Shown here one piece after another: positions 1 to 11,659 of a DNA stretch of 64,000 bases (the stretch's first letter is position 1; each line of letters opens with the position of its first letter). The position numbers and the translations under genes were made by a program. Location: NCBI GenBank assembly GCA_030141605.1, contig JAQGDQ010000407.1:144620-208619 (forward strand). The letters run 5' to 3'. Source of the DNA: Tubiluchus corallicola. Lineage: Eukaryota > Animalia > Priapulida. The notes below the pieces were generated by a model. That model did no database searches and had not been told where the DNA came from. It saw nothing but the letters and a program-made list of their open reading frames with translations.

Positions 1-262
1 AAATCTACATCTGTGGTCACCTGCTACAGAAGCTACTGCATCGTTCTTTCTTCTTAAAAAAAGAATTACGAGGCAAAAAATCGCGTTTTCAGTAGTTTTA
101 AGAATTTTCAAAAAAAAAATCAATACGGTTATGAATTTCTAAGTACTTTTAGTCACCCAAATGATTTTAGCATATAATTTTGCTTTTATGCTAAAATTTT
201 GAAATAACTTGCGTTTCTTCTTTCTGTAATGAATAATTTGTGCTTATTTTATTCCAGCAGCC

Positions 263-407
263 ATGGCAAAAGAAGGAAAAGAGCCGTTTTCTGCCATGTC
301 TCTTAAAGTGAGAATGATTCTTATCATCGTAGCAGTCAGCATTCCAATTCTTGTTGTTATTATACAAAATTCTATTTATATCAGAAGAGCTAAAGCCAGT
401 AAAGAAG
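263..407 (+). CDS. NIT protein coding exon 1 (start + TM1): MAKEGKEPFSAMSLKVRMILIIVAVSIPILVVIIQNSIYIRRAKASKE
   Basis: Kozak GCCATGG at 260-266. Acceptor ttttattccag ends at 257, so a non-coding exon probably lies upstream. Donor G|gtaaga, phase 1. Absent from the ORF track. Confidence 0.85.
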
Positions 408-3400
408 GTAAGAAGATTGTTTGCTATCCATGAGTGTGAAACAAAATGCCTTGGATTGTTGTTCGACACACTTTGACCTATCTTAAAATTCTTCTTAATA
501 AAACACGAGAGGAAGGTTTTTTAAGGCCACCTAAAGACGTTTCAGTCCTGTTGCAGTTTCGTTTAGTTCAGCAAATTTCTTGTATCAGTCATGCTGTGGA
601 GTTTAACAACTAATCACAATACCTAGGAATTCTTATGTCGCGTAGAGAAGTAATTAACAAACAAATGGACAGAAGCACTTGTGCTCGCCTTAGGGATGTG
701 TGAACACAGGTGTCGCAACTTTAGGCCTGCTCTGAACACACCAAAGAATGAACACGTAACAAGCCCAACAAAACAACTAGAAAAATGCATAGACAAACGT
801 GTAACTCGTGGCTTAGAGGTACAAGGAGCAAAAAAGGACAATTCGAAAACTCAAGAAAGGCAAATGGTTGGCGTCTGTTACTAGTTGTTGTCAGTCATAT
901 TTACGTTTCCGCACTTTGTTAAAACTTTCACTCGTGGTGAACATTGGCAAGTTACGCGAAATCTTTTTTATTATCTTTCACGTAATTTTTCCAAGTCACA
1001 AATGTGAGATAACGTCTCAGTTCTGTGTGTCTATTTCAGCTGAGTGTTATTAAATATAAACTGTCGCATATGACTCCTTATTATAAACCCAATTGTGTGT
1101 GGTTAAGGCGTTTAATTGTAATTGCCGAAACGGTGTATTTTGTCGCCCAACCTCGCTGTCCCGTTATACCCCAAATTGAGTACAGTCTATCTGGCATCCT
1201 GAATCAGTATGCTTCAGCCTTCAGAATAAAGATAGCTGAAAAAGATTTATTCCCAGGCGAAAATACAAGAAAATAATTGAGCGTCTAACAAGCTTATCAA
1301 TTTAAATAATTCTTTATATCCACTTTTTGCATAAATACTCTAAATAAATGGAAACACAAAGTCTAGATATAAGCAACGATAAAAACGAATTTTTCAATGC
1401 GTATCGTTATCGTTATCGTTAACATCTCTGCCTTAATTTCGAAATTTTTAAAAATGCTATTAATATTTTGAAGTAGAAAGTTTGATCGTGTTTGAGAGGT
1501 CAGCACAAAAGCATTTTGTAAGTAGATTGCACAGCCACAATAGAGGCTGTGGGGAGGTGACTGTGTAATATAGGAGTGCTGTTCCTTCAGAGTCTCCTAC
1601 ACACCCCACAGTTTAATGATAGCGTATTTGAAACTTTTGTACTTTTCTCAAAATAATTTTTGCATAAAAGCATCATCATGTGGTCATCATCTGTTCAAAC
1701 TGCTTAAAAGTGTACAGTCTGAACAGTCTGAATAAAATGTACGGGATGTGAAAACTATTTTAAGTCAAAAACGCTAAAAAGTTATACAAGTTCACATCTT
1801 GTTAGATCACAAATAATCGCTGATGCTATGCGCATGCGCAAGTTCATAGGTGCATTATTACAGAAATGTAACCGGGACGTTATATGGCTGTCCCACTAAA
1901 ACCCAAACAGCAGTGGTATAGTTCTTCAAAGTTGATTGGAATGCACTCACTCAAGTAATGGGCATAGCAAATGTCATGCACCATGGCAACTTTTTCTAAC
2001 GCGTTTTGCACATTTTGTGCAAAAAGCACAAAACTTGTAAGATTTGAAAAGTTTGCAGCAAAACTCTGGGAGAAGGAAGCAGTGTGTAAAATATGAAAAA
2101 TGTTTTTTTAATATTGGTCTTTCTGAACAACACAACCCATTTCAATACATATTTCCAGGAATATCGCTCCTTGATGAGACACGTATACGCACATGCGCAC
2201 GCACACACGCACACACGCATGCGCATGTATATATATAGGTTTTATGTGTCAAATGTAGACCTGCGTTAACTCAAATGTAGATTTAGGTAATTCAAATGTG
2301 TCTTGGTAACTCAAATGTAGACTTAGGTAGTTCAAATGTGTTAACAATGGTTTTCAACAAATCTTAAGCGTATTTGGTAAGTCAAATGTAGACACATGTC
2401 AAGTCAAATGTGACATTGGTATCTCAAATGTGGATAGGTGGTAAAGTTTAAGGATGTTAAATTTAATCTTCTTTAATTTCAATTTAATAATTGCTCCTAA
2501 TTTAAAATAACAACGTTATAGGTCTACTAATAGTTCACTAATATTTTGCAAACTTTACATGCCATTGGAACTGTTAGAGAAAACAATGCATTCTTAAAAT
2601 AAACAATGTTTCTTGAGAGAAACTAATTCATTAATGCAGTGCTAATGCATTACTTAAAAAACTAACTAGTGATTCACTGTTCATTGGGAAGTGGAAGCCG
2701 ATTTATTCTTTTCTGCCGACATTTTTTGTAAAACTTTTACAAATAAAATGTAGAATTGGTGTACCTATATATTAATAATTGTATAATTGTTAAATTATTT
2801 ATGTACAACACTTTTAAGTGTTCTTATCAAATAAACATTTTGATAAGTTATCAAATATAAAATAGTTGCAAATTAATTAACTATAATAAAAATTGATGCT
2901 GCCTATAGCGCCATGACCGTAAAATATAATTTTAATTTGGTTTTATCTTTTTGTAATTTGCACTTAAATAAGTTAATTACCGATTTATTCAAAGTGCCGC
3001 ATCTACATTTGACTTACCTAAGTCACATTTGAACTTTCCTGCGTCTACATTTGACGTGTAAAACCTATAGAACACTGTAAACGCAAAACTGTAATCGAAA
3101 AACGTTTAATTTCAGGATTGGAGGAGTTAGCCAGAAATGCTAAATTTGCTCTGGAGTTGAACGATATTGTACACGTTTTACAGATAGAACGTGGTACAAC
3201 AGCTTTGTACGTCAGTTCCGGTGGAGACAGCAAGGTGAGATCAACAACAACAAAAACAAAGAAACAACATAATGAAGCCATTTAAACAAGTCTGAATTTT
3301 TGAAAATACGGTTGCACTATGTTGGATCACCGTTGCCTGTTTTTGCCTAAGTTCGCGCAGTTTTAACGTACTCAAGGGTAAATTTGAAATCTGAATTTTT

Positions 3401-6400
3401 ATCTTAAACTTGCCAACTGTTATTACAACACTTTCTTTTTACCGTACATGAAAATCGGAAGTATGTGAAAAATCGTTCTGTCTTCCCTTAATTATAATTG
3501 TCCAACGTTAACCGCAAAGCTTCTTGATTGTGGTACTGAACCTTCAGAATTACTGAACGTTCTTCAGTAAGTGAGGGTTTATAAAAAAATGATAAAGAAA
3601 TTTATTTGTGTGTGATTCATACATTTCGTAATCAATACTGCACCGTAACGTCGTGAAAAGACAATACTGTTGTGTATTTAGTATCATAACTATTACGAGC
3701 TTCGTTGAGCACAACCGATCCTTTCATTCTGATCACGCCCCCCTTTTCAATCAAATTGGATTGTTCATCTTGCGACATATGCGTGCAGGTGACTCGCTGG
3801 CAAATAGCTAAAAGATTGGGAAATTACCAAATTGACGCAGACAGGCATCACAAAGCCAATATATATATGCAGAAGTCCACGAATGTGCCCTATCGTCGAT
3901 CGAAGCAATTTATATGACTTATACTATAGAAAAATACCGCATAGCTTTCTCTCCACTAAGGCTAAAAGCGCATCACTAAGAATTGACACCGGTAGATGGC
4001 ATTGCGAAGATATAAACTAAAGACTCCGCACATGCGGAGAGATACAAACAGAAAAACATGTATTAATGAACTATAACTTAGCTACTGAAATTAGAAGGAA
4101 ATGTCATAGTGTGAACTTTTCTGCACTGTCTAATATTGTGGAGAACAACCATGCATTTGAAATTTGTTCACAAGTGCCACAAACTTTTGAAAACTAACAG
4201 TGGTTTTACTAATGTTTACTAATCGCTTAAAATATCAAACTAAAATGTACAAACACTGTTTCAATGGTATAAAGTTGGTTCAACTATTTTATTTTATATG
4301 CTAATATGATCCACCTGTGATAAATTCTTGAAAAGAATTGACGGTAAATTTTATTATTTTCTGCTACCCCAGTTTTTGTATTAATCATTGTATTTATAGT
4401 CAATAAATTACACTACTACTAACAAAACCTTTCTATTAGAGACATGCCAATTAATACTACAAAAGAATTTCTGATAATTAGATAATAGATTAAAAACTTA
4501 ATTAACGGCGAACGAGTCATCACATAATTTTCAACAGGAAAAATATTCAACGAGCGTGTTGGACGTGTTTGCGAAAGCGAAAATAGAAGTACAGTGCTAC
4601 TGTAAGATATATAATGTGTTGTGCTAAAACTAGCCAAGTTTTATGATAAAAATACTAATTTCAAGTTTATCGCTGTGCTCACGCATGAGCTGTCGCACGT
4701 GTGTAGTTCGTCACAAACGAACACCTCTGAATAGAGAGGTACAACACTCGTTTTTTATGCAATGCGTTTTCGAAATGCAGGTGCTGCTACCCGTCTAACT
4801 AGCGAAAGGCGAAATGCATGTCACAGCGAAGAACTAGTGGCGCGAACGTGGAATTGTATTTGTGTGGTAATAATTCTTTCACGTAAGTCACTTTAGAAAA
4901 AATTGTATGTTTCCTTTCATTATTTTAAGGAGTAGATTGTTTTGACCTGTAGTTTAAGATTGGACCCGGTTTTGCTTTAATATCTAGTGATCAACAGATA
5001 ATTATAGCATATGTTGATACATGTATTATAGTTTTTCTAATACATGACAATAATTTCACTCTTAAGGCATACGACTCGCTAACTGAAAAGTACGCACAAA
5101 CAGATGCAGCTTTTGACAAAGTGGACATTTGGTTAAAGGAGGACGCAGTAGATTCGAACTACAAGAGCAAAGACAGACTGCATAGTTATGTAAAGGTAAG
5201 CAATTGAACTTGCTGTGGACCACTCATGTATCTGTAACTACCCATTTAACTGTGATACACAGACATTTCTCCTTTTTTGCTGTACCAAAAACTCCCATTG
5301 AAGTTGTTCGGGTCTCTAGTTTGATCGTCCCCTCCCAGGTAGAAACACTGACCATAGAGTTTAATTTTGTATGATAACCAATAATTAATTTTTGAATACA
5401 AATCCATTGCAAAAAAAACTAAATTAACTGTAATACCATAGCATTCCCGTATTCATTTCGATGACAAATTCAACGCAAATTACTAGTATACTCAATACGT
5501 AAATAGTAGAGTGAATAATTAAAGCAATTTAATAAGTTTGAATTAAATATACTAAGAATAAAACTACTTTTACAAGTTGCATTGTTAAGTAATTTATATG
5601 TATGATGTGTTATTGGCATCAAAGCAGGGCTCTGTAATTGGTCGCCTAACAAAATCCAGGGTTAAAACCTGCATGGAGATCATGATATATGGCAAGACTT
5701 AGTAGAGTGCATACTCATACAGCCAGTGTAGGATGTCAATCAAGTACGTGGCCTGAATCGTACAAAACCGAAAAAGAATTTTTTGGTTCAACAAGTTTTT
5801 GGTATATTTTCGTGAAAATTCTTAAATACCCGCATTTTAGCGTGTATGTTTTAGTATGTTTGAGTAACCATATCATGTATGTTGTTATGCTATGCATTTG
5901 CAGGACCATCGAAACAGCTTAGACTGGTCAACTACAACAGTACAAGAAGAAATTGCTTTTTACACAAAAATTAACAAGTGAGCGATTTCATTAAATTATT
6001 GTTCACTACATCCACTTAAAATTAACAAGATGGTTTTAGTGCAATAGAAGTATTGTATGCTATACTTCTTCTTCTTCTTCTTCCCAGCTTTTCCCTATGC
6101 CGGGTCACCGTTGTGAATGAGTCTTCTCCACGCATTCCTGTTGTTGACCATCTCTTCATTTATGTTCTTCTCTCTAAGGTCTCCACTAATACATTCAATC
6201 CATCTCCGCTTGGGTCGTCCTCTTCTTCTATTCCCCAGCACTTCCATTTCCATGACCTCCCTTCCCACATGATCTTCACCGACTCTTCTTTTCAGGTGTC
6301 CATACCATCGCAATCTTGCGAGGCTTCCACTACTTTTACTGTTCCTCTGATATTATTATTTCTAATTTTATCTCTTCTTGTTATTCCCACCATCCATCTC

Positions 6401-9400
6401 AACATCCTCATCTCCACCACATCCATTTTCTTCTCTTCGGTCTTCTTTAGAGAAGCTGCTTCCAGCCCATAGATTAGAGCGGGTCTGACCACTTCTATGT
6501 GGAGACTCATTTATAGAAGGTTTTGGCGGATGCCCTTCCTGACCCTAACCCTCCCTATTTATCCGGGCTTGGGACCGGCACTGAGTTGAGCTGACTTGAC
6601 CCCCCCCCCAATGGCTAGGTTAGAAGTATGCATGATATACAATAGGCTAAACTAATCTAGAAGAAGTAGGTTATGAAACGTTTATTCAACACATGATAAT
6701 GAATAGAATTTTGCTTTGCAAAGTTCAAAACTATAGCTTGTCGTCTAATAAAAAGTTTTCAGTTTCAGCTAAAAACCTTAATTCTTATTAAAGCAATGGT
6801 AAAGACTCTTCGGTGAAAGCATTTTGCTTAAACATTTTTTGTAAATTGAAGAATGCACGATCCATTGAACGCAAACTATATGTAAAATGTTGTTGTCGTC
6901 ACCATCGTGGCCGTCATTGTTGCTAATTTTCTTGACACTGGAAGACCCATATTTTTATGACAGACGTTTGCTAATCTTCGCTTTATTCCCTGTTTTAGCG
7001 TGTTAATAGACTGGATTGGAGAAACTGTTTACAAGTCGCCCCAAAGCGCTAAGTACGTGTGGAAGACGCTGTTTTCCTTTTACTTACTGATAGTAAGTAA
7101 AGAGCAGGCTGGAATAGAGCGAGCTCTTGGAAGCACTTACTTTGCATCAGGTATTTTCTTTAAACATGGTCACGACGCTTTGTCACGTTATTCATGATAT
7201 CACATGAAATTCTTTCGGTTACATAAATAAAAGCAAAAGGTAATTAGAAAATAAAAAAGCCGGTTTGTTGTAATGTATACGCTCAAACCAAAGTTGCGTT
7301 CCCATATCTATGTTAGTTTATTCTGCAAAAATACAAATTTTCTGTAGTCTACAATTACTACATCTACAGATCTACTGAAATAAAAGTGCTAGAAAATAAG
7401 TGCTACAGATAACTACGTTACACTAAAAAGCTAAAATGCATACATGCATTGTTGGTCCAATATTGAGTCGAGGAAAAGCCAGAATGTCAGTAAAAGGTAG
7501 TGTACATAACAAGTTCCACCTATACAATGTCAGGGTAGAAAAAGTAGTCTAGAGGTTGAGCTACAGTCTAATATATTGTGGCTTCTAATGCATATACTAC
7601 CTTGAGAAGAGGTAATGGACCAAAACATTTGCACCTGCAACAGTGTCATTTCTCAATAGTTCAAGCTAAAAGAATATATTTGTCATATAAAACTATGCTA
7701 GCCTAGAGGCAGTGATCACAATCACCAGTTCACGGCTGCATCAAGCGTTCGTTTATTTTAAATTAGGCTAATTATTTTACATAGTGCCATAAACCAAGTT
7801 TCATCTGTTACGGACATTTGACACTTTAACTCGTGAACAAAGATAATCTGTTCTTCAAACAAACAAGCAGACAAACAAACAAACAAACAAATAAGCACAG
7901 TAGTGAACTTTACTTAACCTTACTTTTGCCAAAGCTCGTCACACTTGTTTAATATTGACCATAAAAACACCTTTAAGTTCGACGCCATTTTTTTTTAAAT
8001 TTTGTGTTCCATAGAACCAATATAATCATATAAAAATTGTAAATTGTAAGTTCCCGGCGATTAATTTCTTTAATTTCATCCTTGTAGGTAAGCTGTCTGA
8101 TGAAGACTTCATCTGGTACTACAGAGAAAGGACATTGGGCGAGGCCTTCCTAGAGACGTCAGCGGATTATCTAAATGAAGTTGATGTAACCTATAGCAAC
8201 CTCAGACACTCTAATCTGTACGCCACTTTAGCCAAAATGCGAGCTGAGATATCGAGAAATCAGCACAATGAACCGGACACCCAAAGAGGGCTCTACTGGT
8301 TTGCGAACATGACACAGTACATTAATCAGTTACAGGTAAGAAACTTCTATGCTGCACATTTAATGCCTTATAAACCCATGACAACTTAATTTTCTATGCA
8401 TCCGTTTCCTAAGTCTTCGTTTTGTTTAATTATGTGTTAAATTATCATAACATAATTATAGGCATGCATTACATACTTCATTTGCTTAAATTTTAACTTT
8501 TGTTTGACAATTACCCCCGACTACAGCTCCGTGCCATGAGATGAGAGGGGATTGTTACAAGAACTTTGTTGTAACACAGCTACCACTGTAAACACAAATC
8601 ATTAGGAACCAGAAAGACACGATACAATGTCAACTAGATAAGAAATGAACTACTTTAAAATTCCCAATCATTGAAGCACACAAAGAATATTTTACTCTGC
8701 TTTTTATATTTAAATACATTAACAACATCACCAAACCATTCCAGAATAACAGATTTACCTTTTTTCCAAATCCTATCGCTAATTCCAGAACAAGCAATCT
8801 AAAACAAATTAGGACAAATAGCTACTATGGAGCGAACTCTGTAATCAAATAAGCAATTCTACTTTGGAATTCTCTACCATTACAGGTTAAACAAATCAAG
8901 TCCTTATCAGCATTTAAAACAAAATTAAAATCACTAATATTAACCAGATATGATATGCCATCACACCAGCACGACAACATACACACTAATTCAGAATTCA
9001 TATATCCACGGCCATATTAATTAAATCGTAGTTTTTCATTTTTTGTGCATATTTGTAAATATGTTTGATTTTTTTCGTCGTTACTTTCCATTACTGCACA
9101 GTAGTTTAGATTGAACTAACGCATTTGCCTTTAGCAGTGTAAGTTTTTATTAACTAACACTGATTGATTATCTCTGTAAAGTTTTTATCAGTGATTATCA
9201 ATGTATTTTAATGGCAAATAAAGATTATTATATATATATTAATAATAATATATATATATTACATATATATATATATAAGATCTTTTAAGAAACGTAGAAA
9301 TAGTTGTCCTACGTAAAGTGGATTTCTATACAGCAATGTCAGATCAAAACGAAATTGTCGAATTTTGACGACAAATAATTTGTGAAAAATCCCAACAGAT

Positions 9401-10275
9401 GGCAAATACACAACAGGCACAATAATTTAAGCACACTAGAGCAGCTGTATACTAAAGAAACATAAGATTGACCGACAAAAAGATACACTAGGTATCATAG
9501 CATTTTGTAAATCCAAGAAAACTGATTTTGTAGTAAAGTACTGTTATCATATCTGAAGTGTTAGTTATGTATCGGCCGTATGTACAATCCTGCCCATATG
9601 TGCTGCCAATACCCTAAATGAAACACCAGCACCTGATTAAAAGAGAGCATTTGGGTTACTCGCCTATTGAGTTTTTCTCCGCTCAGCAGACTGGATACGT
9701 CACTGAGAACACCATTTACAATTGTCACTGAACCTTTCTTTCGTAAAAAATTAGAATATGAAGTAACTCAATTGTGATGTCACAAAATTAAAAACTGGTA
9801 AAAACTTATTAAGACGAAAACGGGAACAAAAACGAGAATGGCGAAACAAACCTCTCTAAAGAGTTACTTTGCACGCGTAGCCCCAAAAATTCTTGGGCTA
9901 GAACCATAAAGGGCTGTGTAAACCGGCACTTGAGCAAGGTATGTTTTCTTATGTTACTTCGATATGACTATTGAATAATGTTACAAACTCTGCTGTTTTG
10001 TTTAGGAAACGAATAAGAGGGTGGGAGAGGAGGTGGTCTCTGAAACGCAAGAAGACGATGCATCTAGTAAAGACAAACGAACCATTGTTGCCGGATCTGT
10101 TCTCATTGCAATAGTTCTTATTATTTGGCCAATCATCATCATTCTGCTCATTATCATTGTCAGAACTATTCATAAGTTCTATAAGCGCTTACAGGATGAA
10201 AGTAGGCAGTTAAACCAGGGGGCAGTCAGTGCTGTTACCGCTGCACCAGGCGAAAAATACGTCAGTAAATTCTAA
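263..10275 (+). CDS. Two-TM NIT-domain (nitrate/nitrite sensing) membrane protein, 378 aa, 7 coding exons, no cyclase domain
   Basis: Exons 263-407, 3116-3234, 5067-5195, 5904-5977, 6999-7150, 8088-8335 and 10006-10275 all have GT-AG sites with matching phases (1,0,0,2,1,0). Total is 1137 nt, one uninterrupted ORF. NIT motifs: IVHVLQIERGTTALYVSS, SKEQAGIERALG, YWFANMTQYINQL. Hydrophobic helices lie near both ends. Confidence 0.9.
2234..3069. mobile_element. Non-autonomous DNA transposon (MITE) with subterminal CAAATGT(A/G) repeats, superfamily unassigned
   Basis: Left end tataggttttatgtgtcaaatgtagac is the inverted match of right end gtctacatttgacgtgtaaaacctata. Tandem tcaaatgtag/g motifs at 2248-2432 have inverted copies at 3003-3053. 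Confidence 0.7.
3116..3234 (+). CDS. NIT protein exon 2: GLEELARNAKFALELNDIVHVLQIERGTTALYVSSGGDSK
   Basis: tttcag acceptor, AAG|gtgaga donor, NIT HxLQxERG motif. Confidence 0.92.
4330..4980 (+). mobile_element. Dispersed ~600-bp repeat family A, copy 1 (TTAAAG...CTTTAA ends, Kolobok-like MITE)
   Basis: Shares blocks such as gtgtgtagttcgtcacaaac, gcgaagaactagtggcgcgaacg and agtagattgttttgacc with the copies at 18388, 28622, 31972 and 62604. The left boundary is approximate. Confidence 0.75.
5067..5195 (+). CDS. NIT protein exon 3: AYDSLTEKYAQTDAAFDKVDIWLKEDAVDSNYKSKDRLHSYVK
   Basis: cttaag acceptor, AAG|gtaagc donor, phase 0/0, 43 codons. Confidence 0.88.
5904..5977 (+). CDS. NIT protein exon 4: DHRNSLDWSTTTVQEEIAFYTKIN(N)
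   Basis: tttgcag acceptor, AA|gtgagc donor, phase 0/2; the 'I.FYT.IN' pattern is typical of NIT domains. Confidence 0.88.
6066..6621 (-). mobile_element. Internally deleted (bipartite 5'+3') RTE-clade retrotransposon
   Basis: Minus strand encodes an RTE ORF C-terminus (VVRPALIYGLE...EMRMLRWMVGITRRDKIRN...RRRGRPKRRW) and a (GAA)n tail. Degenerate ~20-bp TSD: agaagtattgtatgctatac (6046-6065) / agaagtatgcatgatatac (6622-6640). Confidence 0.88.
6547..6622 (-). ncRNA. Twister ribozyme core (5'-truncated at the cleavage site) at the 5' end of the RTE element
   Basis: Minus strand reads U^AA-CCUA-GCC-[AUUGGG...CUCAGU stem]-GCCGGUCCCAAGCCCGG-AUAAA-UAGG-GAGGG. This matches the twister core, with P2 CCUA/UAGG pairing intact. 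Confidence 0.85.
6999..7150 (+). CDS. NIT protein exon 5: VLIDWIGETVYKSPQSAKYVWKTLFSFYLLIVSKEQAGIERALGSTYFAS(G)
   Basis: ttttag acceptor, G|gtattt donor, KExAGxERA NIT motif. Confidence 0.92.
7270..7637 (+). mobile_element. Dispersed repeat family B, copy 1 (possibly Penelope-like terminal repeat)
   Basis: Near-identical inverted copy at 36515-36927; ends in ccttgagaagaggtaatggaccaaaac. Confidence 0.65.
8088..8335 (+). CDS. NIT protein exon 6: GKLSDEDFIWYYRERTLGEAFLETS...GLYWFANMTQYINQLQ
   Basis: cttgtag acceptor, CAG|gtaaga donor, WFxxMTxxIxxL NIT C-terminal motif. Confidence 0.9.
8600..9230 (+). mobile_element. CR1/L2-group LINE 3' end (degenerate ORF2 C-terminus + 3'UTR)
   Basis: Translates LLWNSLPLQVKQIKSLSAFKTKLKSLIL and ends aataaagattatta + (TA)n. 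Inverted copies at 58815-59163 and 59520-59780. Confidence 0.8.
10006..10275 (+). CDS. NIT protein terminal exon 7 (TM2 + short tail ending KYVSKF*)
   Basis: tttag acceptor, phase 0; TM helix IVAGSVLIAIVLIIWPIIIILLIIIV; TAA at 10273-10275; AATAAA at ~10333. Confidence 0.85.
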   Translation, partial: ETNKRVGEEVVSETQEDDASSKDKRTIVAGSVLIAIVLIIWPIIIILLIIIVRTIHKFYKRLQDESRQLNQGAVSAVTAAPGEKYVSKF

Positions 10276-11659
10276 TTAAGATAATTTGGTTTTAATTGAC
10301 ATTCGTCTTGAAATCACCTAATGATTTCGTCTAATAAAAACCAAGAACAAATATTACTGACTGGGTGCAGTATGACTGCAAATGGGGGATATAATATTGA
10401 ACTGGAAACACTTTGTGTTTATGTTCGGAAATTAAGGAACTGATGAATATAAATCATTGAATGAAATGACTAAGGCAAAACAAATTAAATTCAAGAAGTC
10501 GTGAAACGACTGGTGCACAACATCATTGAATAAACAAATAAAATCTAAAAAAAACTCCTTATTACTGTAATTGTGACCACAGTGATTCTGTTTTCTGTTA
10601 CTGTGTGTTCTTCCGTGTGTTTTTTCGGCGTGGATCTGTGACTTTTATATATGATTGTATACTGTTTTAAATGCGGCATTTTTATGCGTAAGTAATATAA
10701 AATACTCTTCAAAAATTAGTATTAGAAGCTTTATCTTATTTTTTCAACTTCTTTCTTTCCTCCTGATGTTAAACTACGGCTGTGGTGGTTCTGACACGTC
10801 GTGCTTTTTCACTATTTTAATTGAGAGTTTTTTTTTCATTATTACGAGTATTCTTTCCATTAAGAATCAAATCTGTGTTATTTCCATTCCTTGTGATATT
10901 ATTTCACATTAATTACATCTTTGTCCAGACATATGTAACTAAATCATCTCGGCGAAAAAAGTACAAAAATTATTTTTTTGGTAATCGGGATCTACTCGAA
11001 AGGTGCATTATGGGCAGGGGTTTTTACAGGGTTAATAAAATGAGAAAAGAAATTAACAAACTTCGTATTTCAAGCGCAGAAATGGTTGTTATAACTGCCT
11101 CAAAAATTTAAAAAAATCTCTGAAAATTAACTGTTCCTTCAATGGTATATTTTATTTGACATGTAATTGTTATCATGAACTGTAATTCCAGTATTGTAAA
11201 TCGAGTGTGATTATTTTATTGTTAATTAGAATTTGTTCAGTATTGTTTGCAAGAGCAAGTTAGATATCAATAGCAGATTGTTTACTGTTATTTACCATTT
11301 ATTTCATAATTTTTGTTTTGTTACTTAGTCGTCTGCTCACATAAGCTGCAGTTTCTGCAGAAAAGGCCAAAAAGATAGAATGTCGCTCGATTTTGCAGCA
11401 AAGTGTGATTAGAGTTCATATATGTCTTTATACCTTTTTATTCTACTAATTATTTTCAATTTCCTGTTAAAATGTACAAAGATACTTATAGTTTATAAAT
11501 AAATTGTACTAAACTAACCTACTTTTCGCACTTATTGTTTTGCATTAGTGTATATGATAACTTCTGATTCGTCCTCAGCGATCTCAAATTAGAATTTCTT
11601 CTATTTAAGTACATCACAGTTCGAAAATTCCATGCCAAATTTTAGAAATTCTGGAATAT

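Noticed and set aside
785-946. Alternative first exon for the NIT gene (short ORFs, possible GC donor at ~947)
   Set aside because: Exon 263-407 has a Kozak ATG, a proper TM helix and a canonical phase-1 donor, so it fits much better
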